Below are positions 1 to 10,238 of a stretch of 64,000 nucleotides of DNA, in pieces; positions within the stretch are counted from its first letter, which is position 1; each line of letters starts with the position of its first letter. The stretch is from an uncultured virus (IMG/VR IMGVR_UViG_3300031851_000008). Taxonomy: Duplodnaviria; Heunggongvirae; Uroviricota; Caudoviricetes. Under the pieces are notes generated by a model, which was not told where the DNA came from, made no database searches, and saw nothing but the letters and a program-made list of their open reading frames with translations. The position numbers were made by a program, and so were the translations under genes. The DNA is taken from IMG/VR virus record IMGVR_UViG_3300031851_000008, one strand, 5' to 3'.

Positions 1-3000
1 TTCTCTACTTCTATTGAGCAGGGTGGAACTGGAGTAGGATTAAATGGCGGATTTGATATTGGTCCTCATGTAGCATTCAGAGGACTGCCACCAAGGTATA
101 CAAATCCTGGTGGATATAATTATCAGAGATATTTTGATTTTGAATCTGATACTAGACATCTGGATAGTATTATTACCCAAGTTATTAGGGGTACTGGTTT
201 TAATGGTGGCGAAGAACCAGATATTAATGAGGACTTAAGACTTTATTATGAAGGAGAAGATGGTACTTGGATTCTCCTCTGGACGTACCTACGTTTATCC
301 AGTATCTATAATACACTAAGAGATGTAAGTATTACTCTTCCTGAGGGGGCAAAGAATTACGGGCAGAGATTTAGATTTATTCAGTTCACTAATAGTAGTA
401 TTCCGAATCAGAATCTTAGCTTTGACCATTGGGGAGTCAAAGATATTCAATTCGTTGAGACTACAGTTGGTACTGGACTCAGCGAAGATGACTTTGGTCT
501 TATCAGTGTTGATGTTACTACCAAGGCAGCAACTGGCAGAATGCCATTTACTGGATCTGCAGAAGAGAGTTTTGTCAAGGGTAACTACACAGGTTCTGTT
601 GGCAATAAGCAACCAAGACTTGTTGGTACTGCAATTGACTACACCATTCCTAAGCACCAAGGAACTGGTTGGATTAATATTGATGGTTCGCCCCGCGTCC
701 AGATTAGGATACACTACAAGGCAGATGGTGGATATGATTTCTATCCACAGAGATTCCGTGGTGGTTCTCTCTTCGGATTTGCTTCTGGTGCAGAATCTGC
801 TGCTGTTCTTAATGAAGGTGATGGAATCTTCGGTCTTAAGAGCACTACTACCTTTAAGGCAGTACGAAGTGAAGTTGGTGTCAGTGAAGAAGATCTTCTT
901 GTCCAGGGTGGAGCATTCTATCAGGTTATCTTCAATCAAGTTGATAGAGTCTTCTCCTTCAACAATGAAGAGATTAACAGAAGAGCATTTGCATACAATC
1001 TATCTTCTGTTGTCAATGTTGAGTCTATTGATTATGGGTTCATCACTGATACAATCACCGTTGCAGAAGACTATGGTGATGTAAGTTACGACGAGATCTA
1101 CTATCCTTGGCAGAAGGAAGACTTCGGTACTCTTGCTCCTACCACAACAAGACTTCCCTTCGGACTTGGTAGACTTCATAGTTCTACGGAAACACCAAGA
1201 GTTAGAAGATTTGTTGGTAACATTGAAGAAACTAATCTTAGACTTCTTGGTACTGGTAAGGTATATGTCTTACCCAAGTTCACATCTAAAGGTGATCTTG
1301 TTAAGATTAGAGGTAACACCGACTTCACTAGAGCAAGAGATTGGGTTGGTACTGGTAATCTACCCACTCTATCTGGAGGAGCGGAAGCCGTTGCATTCAT
1401 ACCTGCCAAGGATGATAGAGCACTCTTCAACTTTGAAGGTGAACTGGTTGAGAAGTTTGGTAAGGGTAATTACGACGGAGTTGGATCACTCTTTGGATTT
1501 GATTCTAATACAGTATCGATTAGAATCACTACTATTAATGATGGACTCTTCTCCGTACATGGTGAAGTTGTTGAGAGTGCAATCTTTAATGAAGTTGGAT
1601 CTGGATCTCTTGGACACTTTGATGGTGGAGCAGAGAGAGTTACCTTCCATTACAATAATGAGTCTTCCTTCGGTGCATGTGAGGGTGATGATTACGGATT
1701 CATTAATGAATCGGTATTCAATGTTGAAGAATCTCCAGCATTGCTTGGATATCTCAACGATCCTATTAGTTCTCTTGCTAATGAGGTTGTCTCTGAGTTT
1801 GGAAGAACACCAAACGCGATCGATTATGGTTATGTAAATCAATATTATCAATATAATCACGAAGATTACGGCAATCTCTTCCCAGATGATTGTCTGGAAC
1901 CACAAGGTCTTCAACTTGACTTTGTTGGCACTGCGCCAGAAGCATTTGGTAGAGGTAACTACACTGCGTCTGGTTCTATTGGAGCATTTGTTGGTTTTGC
2001 TGAAGCAGTTGCCTTCATACCTGCTAAGAAGAAGGCACTGTTTGGATTTGAAGGTAACGCTGCTGAATCTACAACTCCTGCAACTGAGATTGGATCTGGT
2101 TCACTCTTCAGTTATGTTACCTTCAGTGAGAGAGTTGCCTTTGAACCTGCTAAGGCAGATCCTCTGTTTGCAATTGATGGTGGTCTTCGCATCAGTGCAG
2201 TTACTGAGCAAGAATCTGAACTCAAGTTTACTGCTGCTTGGGAAGCAAGTGGATCCCTCTTTGGAATTGAAGGATCTGGAGAAGCAACTGGTCAGGAAGA
2301 GACTGGAAGTGGCACTATCTTTATTCGTGATTCTGGTGTCAGAATCGAACCAGAATCCTTTACCCCTTGGATTCCTGCTGGTCGCGGATCTATATTCTCG
2401 TTCGTCTCCTTCACTGAGTCTGCAACATTCGTACCTGCTAAGAAGAAGGCACTCTTTGGATTCTCTGGTGCTGTTACTGATGTACAACTCTCCTTCGCTT
2501 GGGAGACTGTTGAGACAACGCATCTTCTTCTTAGAGGTTCGCCTAAGGTCTTCGTTCTGCCTAAGCACACTGGTGCTGGTGCCCTCTTCGTTCGCACTCC
2601 TGGTGTCAGAATCGAACCAGAATCCTTCACTCCGTTCATTCCAGAAGGATTTGGAAAACTGTTTGGTGGAATTGGTGGTGCTGCAGAAGCAGTTGGATCT
2701 AATCCACCAGATGACTTCACTCTGTTTACCTTTACGGGTGAAATCGAGACTCCTCTACTTACCTTCTCTGAACAGAAGTTTGTTCAGGCAAGATTCCTCC
2801 CCGACGAGGCATTCACCACCTTCCAACTCAGAGTTACTGAGACTGGTTTACAACCTGTTGAGGTTCATGGTGAACTTGATGAGTCCTTTACTCCTGCTCC
2901 AGAAATTGGACTTGGAAGACTTTATGGATTCTCTGGTGCAGCAGAAGCATCAGTCTTCAATCCAATCGACAAGACTACTTTATTCACCTTCGAGGGTAAT

Positions 3001-3849
3001 TCTGAAGAAAGTCAGACCAATTCCATGGTCGCGTTTGGATCTCTCTTCGGATTTGCCTCTGGTGTTGAAGTTACTGCAGTTGCAGAAGAGAAGCAAGCAC
3101 TGTTCTCCTTCGCTGGCAATCTTCAAGAGAGTACTACTCCTGCCCCACACATTACAACTGGTGGACTCTTCGGATTCTCCAGCACAACTGAAGCAAAAGT
3201 CTTCGATTATCCAGAGCGCACCACTCTTTACAGTATCTCTGGTACTGCAGAAGAAAGATTCTCTTCCGCGTTACAAGGAACTCCCGTTCCTGGTCTGGAT
3301 GTCAATGGTAATCTGGTTGAGAGAACCGCATTTGATCATGTTGGAACTGGTTCTATCTTTGGATTCTCCAGCACAACCGAAGCGAGAGTCATTGTTCCAC
3401 GCGGACTCAGGAGTCTGTTTACATTCGCAGGTGATGTTGCAGACAGCGAGACCAATGTTGAGATTGGATCTGGTACACTCACTGGATTTGTTGGTGGAGC
3501 AGAGAGCACATCTAATGTTGAAGTCACGTTTACTCTCTTTACTATTGGTGGAGATACTGTTGGTGGAGATGTTAAATTCACTGCTGCCAATCTCGCGGTT
3601 GGTCAGATTAGAGTTGGTCTTAGTGACCCAGGTGTTCCAGGTAATATCTCCAGAGGTATTACAGTATTCAGACTTAGAACCTTCCCAGAAGGTGCAAAAG
3701 TTAAGTTCTCTGGAACAAAAGCAGAGTCCTTCACCCCAGCACCTGTCATTGGTGAAGGTCTAATTGATGTTGAGAAGGGAACTAAGGATACTGAGTCTAG
3801 ATATATTGAGTATAGAGATCCACAACCTACAAGAATTGTAGTTATTTAA
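1..3849 (+). CDS. Large repetitive virion structural protein, 5'-truncated by window edge
   Basis: The frame of ORF 541..3849 stays open back to base 1 (FSTSIEQGGTG...). It has many G-x-G-S-L-F-G-F...AE repeats and DYG/DFG motifs and lies among structural genes. Confidence 0.75.
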   Translation, partial: FSTSIEQGGTGVGLNGGFDIGPHVAFRGLPPRYTNPGGYNYQRYFDFESDTRHLDSIITQVIRGTGFNGGEEPDINEDLRLYYEGEDGTWILLWTYLRLSSIYNTLRDVSITLPEGAKNYGQRFRFIQFTNSSIPNQNLSFDHWGVKDIQFVETTVGTGLSEDDFGLISVDVTTKAATGRMPFTGSAEESFVKGNYTGSVGNKQPRLVGTAIDYTIPKHQGTGWINIDGSPRVQIRIHYKADGGYDFYPQRFRGGSLFGFASGAESAAVLNEGDGIFGLKSTTTFKAVRSEVGVSEEDLLVQGGAFYQVIFNQVDRVFSFNNEEINRRAFAYNLSSVVNVESIDYGFITDTITVAEDYGDVSYDEIYYPWQKEDFGTLAPTTTRLPFGLGRLHSSTETPRVRRFVGNIEETNLRLLGTGKVYVLPKFTSKGDLVKIRGNTDFTRARDWVGTGNLPTLSGGAEAVAFIPAKDDRALFNFEGELVEKFGKGNYDGVGSLFGFDSNTVSIRITTINDGLFSVHGEVVESAIFNEVGSGSLGHFDGGAERVTFHYNNESSFGACEGDDYGFINESVFNVEESPALLGYLNDPISSLANEVVSEFGRTPNAIDYGYVNQYYQYNHEDYGNLFPDDCLEPQGLQLDFVGTAPEAFGRGNYTASGSIGAFVGFAEAVAFIPAKKKALFGFEGNAAESTTPATEIGSGSLFSYVTFSERVAFEPAKADPLFAIDGGLRISAVTEQESELKFTAAWEASGSLFGIEGSGEATGQEETGSGTIFIRDSGVRIEPESFTPWIPAGRGSIFSFVSFTESATFVPAKKKALFGFSGAVTDVQLSFAWETVETTHLLLRGSPKVFVLPKHTGAGALFVRTPGVRIEPESFTPFIPEGFGKLFGGIGGAAEAVGSNPPDDFTLFTFTGEIETPLLTFSEQKFVQARFLPDEAFTTFQLRVTETGLQPVEVHGELDESFTPAPEIGLGRLYGFSGAAEASVFNPIDKTTLFTFEGNSEESQTNSMVAFGSLFGFASGVEVTAVAEEKQALFSFAGNLQESTTPAPHITTGGLFGFSSTTEAKVFDYPERTTLYSISGTAEERFSSALQGTPVPGLDVNGNLVERTAFDHVGTGSIFGFSSTTEARVIVPRGLRSLFTFAGDVADSETNVEIGSGTLTGFVGGAESTSNVEVTFTLFTIGGDTVGGDVKFTAANLAVGQIRVGLSDPGVPGNISRGITVFRLRTFPEGAKVKFSGTKAESFTPAPVIGEGLIDVEKGTKDTESRYIEYRDPQPTRIVVI
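2018..2627 (+). repeat. Exact intragenic direct repeats
   Basis: tacctgctaagaagaaggcact at 2018-2039 and 2432-2453; ctggtgtcagaatcgaaccagaatcctt at 2333-2360 and 2600-2627. Confidence 0.9.
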
Positions 3850-3853
3850 ACTG

Positions 3854-3860
3854 ATAAATA
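3854..3860 (+). promoter_or_regulatory. T4-like late promoter (ATAAATA)
   Basis: Intergenic ATAAATA just upstream of the ATG at 3887. Confidence 0.7.
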
Positions 3861-3886
3861 AATATAACGCAATCAGTGGACCTTTA

Positions 3887-4345
3887 ATGGCTAACACCAA
3901 ACGGGTACAACTGCGTAAGGGAACGGAGTTGGAGCACTCAACATTTACAGGTGCTTTAGCTGAAGTAACTTTTGATACTGATAAGGGAACGATTAGAGTT
4001 CATGATGGACTCACGTTGTCTGGAGTAGAGATACAAAAGTCTCGATTGACTGATTTAGATGGTTCTAATAATAGCGACACATTGAGAACCAATATGAAAT
4101 ACTTCAGTGATACCTCAGCGGGTCCTTTTGCAGTAAATCTACCGTCACTTCGATTTGTAGGAGATACTATTCATCTTGCAGATTCCAAATACACATGGAA
4201 TATAAATAATCTTACAGTATATGCTCAAGGTGGAGACCAAATAAAAGACAGCACTGGGTTCATCGATACATTTTTAAATTGTGACGTTGCTGGTGGTTAT
4301 GTCGAGCTTATTTGGGAAGGAACTTTCTGGAGGATGTTTTCATGA
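3887..4345 (+). CDS. Virion structural protein: Mtd_N-like N-terminus plus gp9/gp10-like C-terminal domain
   Basis: N-terminal VQLRKGT...FTGALAEVTFDTDKGTIRVHDG motif; C-terminal DTSAGPFAVNLP...GDTI.LAD...WNINNLTV motif. Confidence 0.65.
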   Translation: MANTKRVQLRKGTELEHSTFTGALAEVTFDTDKGTIRVHDGLTLSGVEIQKSRLTDLDGSNNSDTLRTNMKYFSDTSAGPFAVNLPSLRFVGDTIHLADSKYTWNINNLTVYAQGGDQIKDSTGFIDTFLNCDVAGGYVELIWEGTFWRMFS

Positions 4346-4698
4346 ACCTAAGTAGAATGGACGGTTCGATGAAACATGTCGTTCAATCGAACGATTTCAT
4401 CGTACATGCACTACGTAGAGACGCAGATGGTATGCTGCGCTACACAAAAGTAGGTTCGGGGAGCACTGAAATGGGTGACTTCCATAGAACAAACGGAACT
4501 CAATATCCAGGGTTTCTTGATGGTGTTGATTATGTGGATGAAACTACAGAGAACAAATCTTATAGGAATGATCCATTTGATAAATATCAACAGTACAGAT
4601 TTGATTTTAGAAATCTGCATTATTTCATCGATGATGATGGATACCTTGTCGCCCGTATTAACGGCACATATGACTACACAACCGAAGGCCCTAAGTAA
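4342..4698 (+). CDS. Conserved cyanophage structural-region hypothetical protein
   Basis: ATGA overlap with the upstream stop; HALRRDADGMLRYTKV...QQYRFD...YFIDDDGYLVAR. Confidence 0.7.
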   Translation: MNLSRMDGSMKHVVQSNDFIVHALRRDADGMLRYTKVGSGSTEMGDFHRTNGTQYPGFLDGVDYVDETTENKSYRNDPFDKYQQYRFDFRNLHYFIDDDGYLVARINGTYDYTTEGPK

Positions 4699-4716
4699 GA
4701 AAGGATTTAACTAACA

Positions 4717-7700
4717 ATGGCTGATTTTAGATTAGGAAGACTAAAATTCAATTGGAGAGGCGACTGGGCTCCTGGCACCGAATACGTCATTGATGATATC
4801 GTCAAGTTTGGTGCTAATACCTACGTAGCAACTACCAATCACACCTCTGCCGCTAGTGATACTACGTGGTATGATACAGATTTATCCTACTGGAGCCTTC
4901 ACGCTGAAGGTATTCGTAACGTAGGATCTTATTCTGCGGGAACATTCTACAAACTTAACGACGTTGTTAAGTTTGGTAATACCCAGTATAGAGTTACTGC
5001 TGGTATTGGAACTACCGCTGGATTACGTTTTTCGGGCGATAGTAACCCCAACGTAGTCTCTTATGTCTCTGGTTTTAATGGAGAAGGTGCTTGGGATCCA
5101 GGCACTGTCTATGAAACTGGTGATGTAATTGCTTATTTTGGTACTTCTTACGTTGCAATTACCACCTCAACATCAGGGCAACCACCAGCTCCAAACCTTG
5201 GAACTGTCTGGAACGTACTGGCAGAAGGTTTTGAGGCGACTGGTATTGGAACCTATGAAAACGGTTCTATCTATTACAAGGGTCAATTAGCAACTGTTGG
5301 TGGTAATACTTATCAGTTGACGGCAACATCTGCACAAGATGTACACCCAACTAAGGGTCTGACCACTGGCATTGGTTCTACTGCTGTTGGTATTGCACAA
5401 ACTGCATGGGAACTGTTTAATACAGGTCTGAAATATGCTGGTACATACTCTACAGTAACTGAGTATTATAGAAATGAAGTAGTTGAATATGCATCATCAT
5501 CATATGTTGGTATTGGATCAACTTCCTTTACAAATATTACTCCTGGTTCTAACCAAGCAATTTGGGCAGCACTGGCATTGGGTGACTCCAACGCACTGCT
5601 GACACAAACTGGTGACATGCTCATCAGGGACAACACTGCTCCAACCAGACTAGGTGTTGGTCAGACTTATCAGTCATTGGGTATTGGAACAGACCTTGTT
5701 CCTACTTGGATGACCATCGGTGATTCTACTAGAATTTATCACGTTGACCCTGAACTAGGTAAGGATACCTTCAATGGTCTTACCCCAGATATGGCGTTTA
5801 GAACGCTGAAGACTGCATGTGATAGTGCAAGCGCGATTACAGATATTACAAACTTTGTTTATGATGAATCAACTGGACTGTCTACAGTAACAGCACCAAA
5901 CCACGGTATTCTTTATCCAAATATTACCGTTAGAATGAGAGACATTGAGTTTCTCTGCCTCTCTGGTGCAAATTCCTATACAGTTAATGCATTCCAATAC
6001 GATAATATAGCGGGTATTGCTACCTGTACTGTTGGTGCAGCAATGACAGGTCTCAATGTTGGAGACACAATTAGACTTGATAATCTTGAATTCACCTGCC
6101 CAGGTGGTTCTGGTATTACAACGACAATATTCCCTGACGGAACAAGAGCCGCTGGTTTTAACTTCACTGTAAGTGCAGTCAACGGTCCTCAACAAATTGA
6201 GATGGCAGTTGGTGTATCAACAATTCAACACATCTATGTATCTGGTGGTACAGTGTTTGTTGGTGTTGATACTTCATTCTTCCCAAGAAACGTTCTTACA
6301 TCTTACTTTAATGTTATTGATGTTGTTGATAACAATACCTTTACATGTAATGTTGGTGTATCAACAATCAACCATGCTTATGTTGCTGGTGGACAAGTTC
6401 TGAACCTGTCTCCTGCTGTTGTTAAACTGTCTTCCTCAGAATTTGTTGAGCAACTTCCAATTGTTGTTCCTCCATTCACTTCTGTTGTTGGTTCTACGCT
6501 GAGATCTTCTAAGATTAGACCTGCTGCAGGTCTGTCTGCTGATGGAGTAACTCCAAACAATCGTCAGGACATGTTCCAACTGTCTGACGCTACAACGATT
6601 CAGGGTCTGAACGCTGATGGTATGGTTGGATTTGATTATGATCCTACTCGACCATTTGAACTCGCTGCATCTACAGTTAGAACTGGTGTTGGTACACAAG
6701 CTTGTGGCGTTTACTTTGCATTCAACCCCGATTCACCAATTAATAACAAGTCTCCTTACGTAAAGGATTGTACCGTATTCGGTAATCCTCCAACTGATGG
6801 TGGTAGTGGTGGTGCTGGTGTTGGTGTTCTGATTGATGGTGGTGTCCATGATTCTGGATTCCGCACGATGGTCTTTGACGCCTTCACGAACGTTCTGAGT
6901 GACGGTGCTGGATTCATTCTTGATGGTGACGTTGGTGCTGAGATCGTCTCCTCCTTCACATACTATGCTAAGTGGGGATATTATGCAGGTGGTGGTGCAA
7001 GAATTCGTGGTGTTGGTGGTAACAACTCTTATGGTGACTACGGTGTTATTGCATCTGGATTCTCTACTGCTGAGACTCCAAGATCTCTGAGACTCTTCGG
7101 TGATAAGGCAGAGACGCAAGTTGGTACTTTGAGTGGTACTGTTGCAATCGGTAACACCATGGTCGGACAAGATTCTGGTGCAAGAGCAACCTTCATCAAC
7201 GATCAAATCTCCGCTGATGCGATCTACTTCAAGTACTATCCTGGTTACGGTGATCCTAGCATCGGTGCTGGTCAAACCGTTGGTATTGGTACTACATCAT
7301 TCGTTCCTGGTGAGTATGTAAACTTCATCGGTGCTGGTACAACTGGTGCTATTCTACTCTCTGCTGTTAGTGGAACTGTTGGTGGTCAGAGAGGCGTTCT
7401 CTTTGAACTTGACCTTGCTGATGGTGATAACTTACCACTTGTGGGTGATGCTATTGGTATTACTACTGTTGGTGTTGGTAGTGATCTGGTCAATGATCAA
7501 CCAAGATTCTATATTGTTAATAATGTAACTGGATTCACTACAACTTATACTCAGTATAGAGGTGACATTGGTGAATCGCCTGTTAACTATCCTGGTCGTG
7601 TAACCGTTACTGTATCTCCTGAGAAGGGAATCAGAACACCTGATACTCGTACAGGAACTGGTAACACTATCACTGATGGTGGTTCCTTGGTTGAAGTTAG

Positions 7701-8532
7701 AACTAGATTCTCTAATGCACGTCTGACTGGTCACGACTTCCTCTCGATTGGTGTTGGTAACAAAACTGAAACCAACTATCCAAACGTTAACGAGGCAAAC
7801 GTACAGCAGGGTAATGAGACTAGCAACTTTGGTCCTGGTAGAGTCTTCTTCGTCTCTACTGACCAAGGCGGTAACTTCAGAGTTGGTGACTTCTTCTCCG
7901 TTAACCAGTTAACTGGTGCTGCTACCCTGGACGCTTCTGCGTTCAACCTGTCTGGTTTGACTGAACTGAGACTGGGTTCACTGGGTGGTCAGATTGGTGA
8001 GGCGATCAACGAATTCTCCTCTGACGAGACCATGAGTGGCAACTCCAACACTGCAACCCCAACTGAATTCGCGGTTCGCGGATTCGTTACTAGAGGTAAC
8101 ATGGGTGTTGAGCAGATGGTTCCACCTAAGGGAACAACTGCACAAAGACCTGCTAATCCAATTCAAGGTGGTCTGAGATTTAACACATCTCTCGGAACTC
8201 ATGAAGCATACAATGGTTCTGCTTGGGTGCCCATCGGTGGTCTCCAGCATGTTGATGCTAACAGCAACACTTCTGCCGCTGCATTCTCTGCAGTGTGGTG
8301 TAATACCACTGGTGGTGGATTCACTGTTACCCTGCCTGGTTCACCTAACAAGGGTGACACCGTTAGATTCTTCGACGTTGCTAAGACGTTTGACTCTAAC
8401 AACCTCACCATTGCTAGAAATGGTAAGTTGATTATGGGAGACGCTTCAGATATGACAGTTGCTGCAGAAGGTGCCGCATTCGATCTGGTATTCTACAACG
8501 ATACTTACGGTTGGAGACTCTTCACCGTCTAA
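4717..8532 (+). CDS. Large virion structural / tail-fibre-like protein
   Basis: MADFRLGRLKFNW start; W/Y...Y..GD.V.Y carbohydrate-binding-like repeats; beta-helix-like middle; P.GTTAQRP motif; gp9/gp10-like C-terminus. Confidence 0.75.
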   Translation: MADFRLGRLKFNWRGDWAPGTEYVIDDIVKFGANTYVATTNHTSAASDTTWYDTDLSYWSLHAEGIRNVGSYSAGTFYKLNDVVKFGNTQYRVTAGIGTTAGLRFSGDSNPNVVSYVSGFNGEGAWDPGTVYETGDVIAYFGTSYVAITTSTSGQPPAPNLGTVWNVLAEGFEATGIGTYENGSIYYKGQLATVGGNTYQLTATSAQDVHPTKGLTTGIGSTAVGIAQTAWELFNTGLKYAGTYSTVTEYYRNEVVEYASSSYVGIGSTSFTNITPGSNQAIWAALALGDSNALLTQTGDMLIRDNTAPTRLGVGQTYQSLGIGTDLVPTWMTIGDSTRIYHVDPELGKDTFNGLTPDMAFRTLKTACDSASAITDITNFVYDESTGLSTVTAPNHGILYPNITVRMRDIEFLCLSGANSYTVNAFQYDNIAGIATCTVGAAMTGLNVGDTIRLDNLEFTCPGGSGITTTIFPDGTRAAGFNFTVSAVNGPQQIEMAVGVSTIQHIYVSGGTVFVGVDTSFFPRNVLTSYFNVIDVVDNNTFTCNVGVSTINHAYVAGGQVLNLSPAVVKLSSSEFVEQLPIVVPPFTSVVGSTLRSSKIRPAAGLSADGVTPNNRQDMFQLSDATTIQGLNADGMVGFDYDPTRPFELAASTVRTGVGTQACGVYFAFNPDSPINNKSPYVKDCTVFGNPPTDGGSGGAGVGVLIDGGVHDSGFRTMVFDAFTNVLSDGAGFILDGDVGAEIVSSFTYYAKWGYYAGGGARIRGVGGNNSYGDYGVIASGFSTAETPRSLRLFGDKAETQVGTLSGTVAIGNTMVGQDSGARATFINDQISADAIYFKYYPGYGDPSIGAGQTVGIGTTSFVPGEYVNFIGAGTTGAILLSAVSGTVGGQRGVLFELDLADGDNLPLVGDAIGITTVGVGSDLVNDQPRFYIVNNVTGFTTTYTQYRGDIGESPVNYPGRVTVTVSPEKGIRTPDTRTGTGNTITDGGSLVEVRTRFSNARLTGHDFLSIGVGNKTETNYPNVNEANVQQGNETSNFGPGRVFFVSTDQGGNFRVGDFFSVNQLTGAATLDASAFNLSGLTELRLGSLGGQIGEAINEFSSDETMSGNSNTATPTEFAVRGFVTRGNMGVEQMVPPKGTTAQRPANPIQGGLRFNTSLGTHEAYNGSAWVPIGGLQHVDANSNTSAAAFSAVWCNTTGGGFTVTLPGSPNKGDTVRFFDVAKTFDSNNLTIARNGKLIMGDASDMTVAAEGAAFDLVFYNDTYGWRLFTV

Positions 8533-8546
8533 TAGAAGAGACACTC

Positions 8547-8570
8547 AGGGGGCAGTAATGTCCCCCCTTT
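8547..8570 (+). terminator. Putative intrinsic terminator hairpin
   Basis: GGGGGCA-GTAA-TGTCCCC stem with GNRA loop; only a short T tract follows. Confidence 0.5.
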
Positions 8571-8574
8571 ATCC

Positions 8575-8587
8575 ATAAATATAAATA
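8575..8587 (+). promoter_or_regulatory. T4-like late promoter (overlapping ATAAATA/TATAAATA)
   Basis: ataaatataaata upstream of the ATG at 8606. Confidence 0.75.
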
Positions 8588-8605
8588 CGAACAGTGGTTT
8601 AAGAA

Positions 8606-9391
8606 ATGGCTACCTACGCAAGTTACAAAAAAGTAAGTGGGGCAAGTTTACCAGCAGGTGCTATCACCGATGCTAAACTTGACCCCTCTGCCTTTAAAAA
8701 TTATGCCGTTAAATGGATTCGTGGTTGCTTAGGTCCAGAAGCACCAGGTTGCTGTTGCCTTTGGACGGTTCCTACTGGTGTCAGAAGAGTTACTTTTGAA
8801 TTGTGGGGCGCAGGTGGCAATGGTCACGGATTGTGCGTTAATAACAGATGTCAGCACTATGCTGGCGCTGGTGGTGGTTACTACACAACTAAAACTATTA
8901 GTGTTCAAGACGCTTGGACCTACACTATTTGCGCTGGGGGCGTTTACCCTTGTCAGTCTGTTGAGTGCCTTGCCTGCAACGGGTGCGGATCTTATATAAA
9001 TGGTTGCAACCTCAGTAACTTTTGTGCTATTGGAGGAAAGGGAGGTTGTTCTAACGGTTCTTGGAACACGATGTGTAACTCCGATTGGGGTCCTTGTTGT
9101 GTAAACCCAACTGCTTATAGTAGTGACTTTGCAATGGGTGGTCACCCTGGTTCATTCTCTGGTTCATTTAACTGTCACTGCTATCGTCATACCGAGTGTT
9201 CTTCTGGAGCACCATTCTTCGGAAGTTCGGGAGTTAGTGGTGAACTCACTGAGTGTTGGATGCGTTGTGGTTGTCAGAACGTTCCCTATACATCTGGTGG
9301 ACAAGGTGGTATGACTACTTATTGCGGATCTAACTGTTGTGGTAGAGGAACTACTGGTGGTTCTGGTGTTGTTAAAATTACTTATTTCTAA
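8606..9391 (+). CDS. Cys-rich, Gly-rich putative fibre-tip protein, paralog 1
   Basis: WTVP.GV..VTFELWGAGG...GGSGVVKITY Gly-rich framework; 26 Cys in 261 aa by hand count. Confidence 0.7.
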   Translation: MATYASYKKVSGASLPAGAITDAKLDPSAFKNYAVKWIRGCLGPEAPGCCCLWTVPTGVRRVTFELWGAGGNGHGLCVNNRCQHYAGAGGGYYTTKTISVQDAWTYTICAGGVYPCQSVECLACNGCGSYINGCNLSNFCAIGGKGGCSNGSWNTMCNSDWGPCCVNPTAYSSDFAMGGHPGSFSGSFNCHCYRHTECSSGAPFFGSSGVSGELTECWMRCGCQNVPYTSGGQGGMTTYCGSNCCGRGTTGGSGVVKITYF

Positions 9392-9405
9392 GGAGACATC
9401 TAAAA

Positions 9406-10206
9406 ATGGCATCGTATGCAAGTTATAAGAAGGTCAATGGATCATCGTTCTCAGATGGATCTATTGGATCTACTCAGCTAGATCCTGATGCTAGGAAGAC
9501 CTTTGGTGTCAAGTGGGTTTATGGATCTCCTAACGCATGTTCAGCAGGATGTTGCTGTCTTTGGACTGTTCCTGATGGTGTAACTAATCTATTCTTTGAA
9601 CTTTGGGGTGCTGGTGGATCTGGTAATGGTGCATGTTCTACTAGTAGATGTCATCACTATGCTGGTGCTCAAGGTGGAGCATATAACTCTAAGTATATTA
9701 CTACTACTAGTGGTTCGACTTATACAGTTTGTTCTGCTGGAAATGGTAACTGTTGTAGAATAGAATGTACTGGATGTGTTGGTTGTGCATCTTATGTCAA
9801 TGGAGCAAATTTAAGCAACTTCTGTGCTGTTGGTGGTGTTGGTGGATGTGCTAACACTAGTTGGTCAACAGCATGTCACTCAGAAAATTCTTGCTGCTTA
9901 CAGGCAGGAGCCAACGGCGGAGACTTTGGTACTATCAGTCATAGAGGTGCATTCGGTGCTGCAGACTGGACGTTCGGTCAGGGACAGTGCCATTGTAGGA
10001 AAACTACCACAAGATCAACTTCTGCACCAAGAATTGGTACTGAAGTTCAAATGGCCATCAATTATTGTTGGATGCGTTGTGGTTGCTGGACTGTTCCATA
10101 TGGTCATGGTGGTCAGAGTGCTATGACATCTTACTGTGGTGGCAGCAGCTGTTGTGGTACTGGTGGTATGGGCGGACCAGGATTGGTCAAAATTACATAC
10201 TATTGA
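9406..10206 (+). CDS. Cys-rich, Gly-rich putative fibre-tip protein, paralog 2
   Basis: Colinear with paralog 1 (MASYASYKK, GCCCLWTVP, CWMRCGC); AGGAG SD upstream. Confidence 0.7.
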   Translation: MASYASYKKVNGSSFSDGSIGSTQLDPDARKTFGVKWVYGSPNACSAGCCCLWTVPDGVTNLFFELWGAGGSGNGACSTSRCHHYAGAQGGAYNSKYITTTSGSTYTVCSAGNGNCCRIECTGCVGCASYVNGANLSNFCAVGGVGGCANTSWSTACHSENSCCLQAGANGGDFGTISHRGAFGAADWTFGQGQCHCRKTTTRSTSAPRIGTEVQMAINYCWMRCGCWTVPYGHGGQSAMTSYCGGSSCCGTGGMGGPGLVKITYY

Positions 10207-10212
10207 TAAATA
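10206..10212 (+). promoter_or_regulatory. Late promoter (ATAAATA)
   Basis: Overlaps the stop of paralog 2, upstream of paralog 3. Confidence 0.65.
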
Positions 10213-10238
10213 CTATTAATAACGAGGTTTAACGAGAG

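Noticed and set aside
422..3763. Long Leu/Val-rich alternative-frame ORFs (422..1084, 1133..1837, 1886..3763)
   Set aside because: Shadow ORFs from the GNT-biased codon usage of the real frame; no motifs or ribosome-binding sites.
3887..4345. Mtd_N-like domain suggesting a diversity-generating retroelement
   Set aside because: No reverse transcriptase and no template/variable repeat pair with adenine-specific mismatches in the window.
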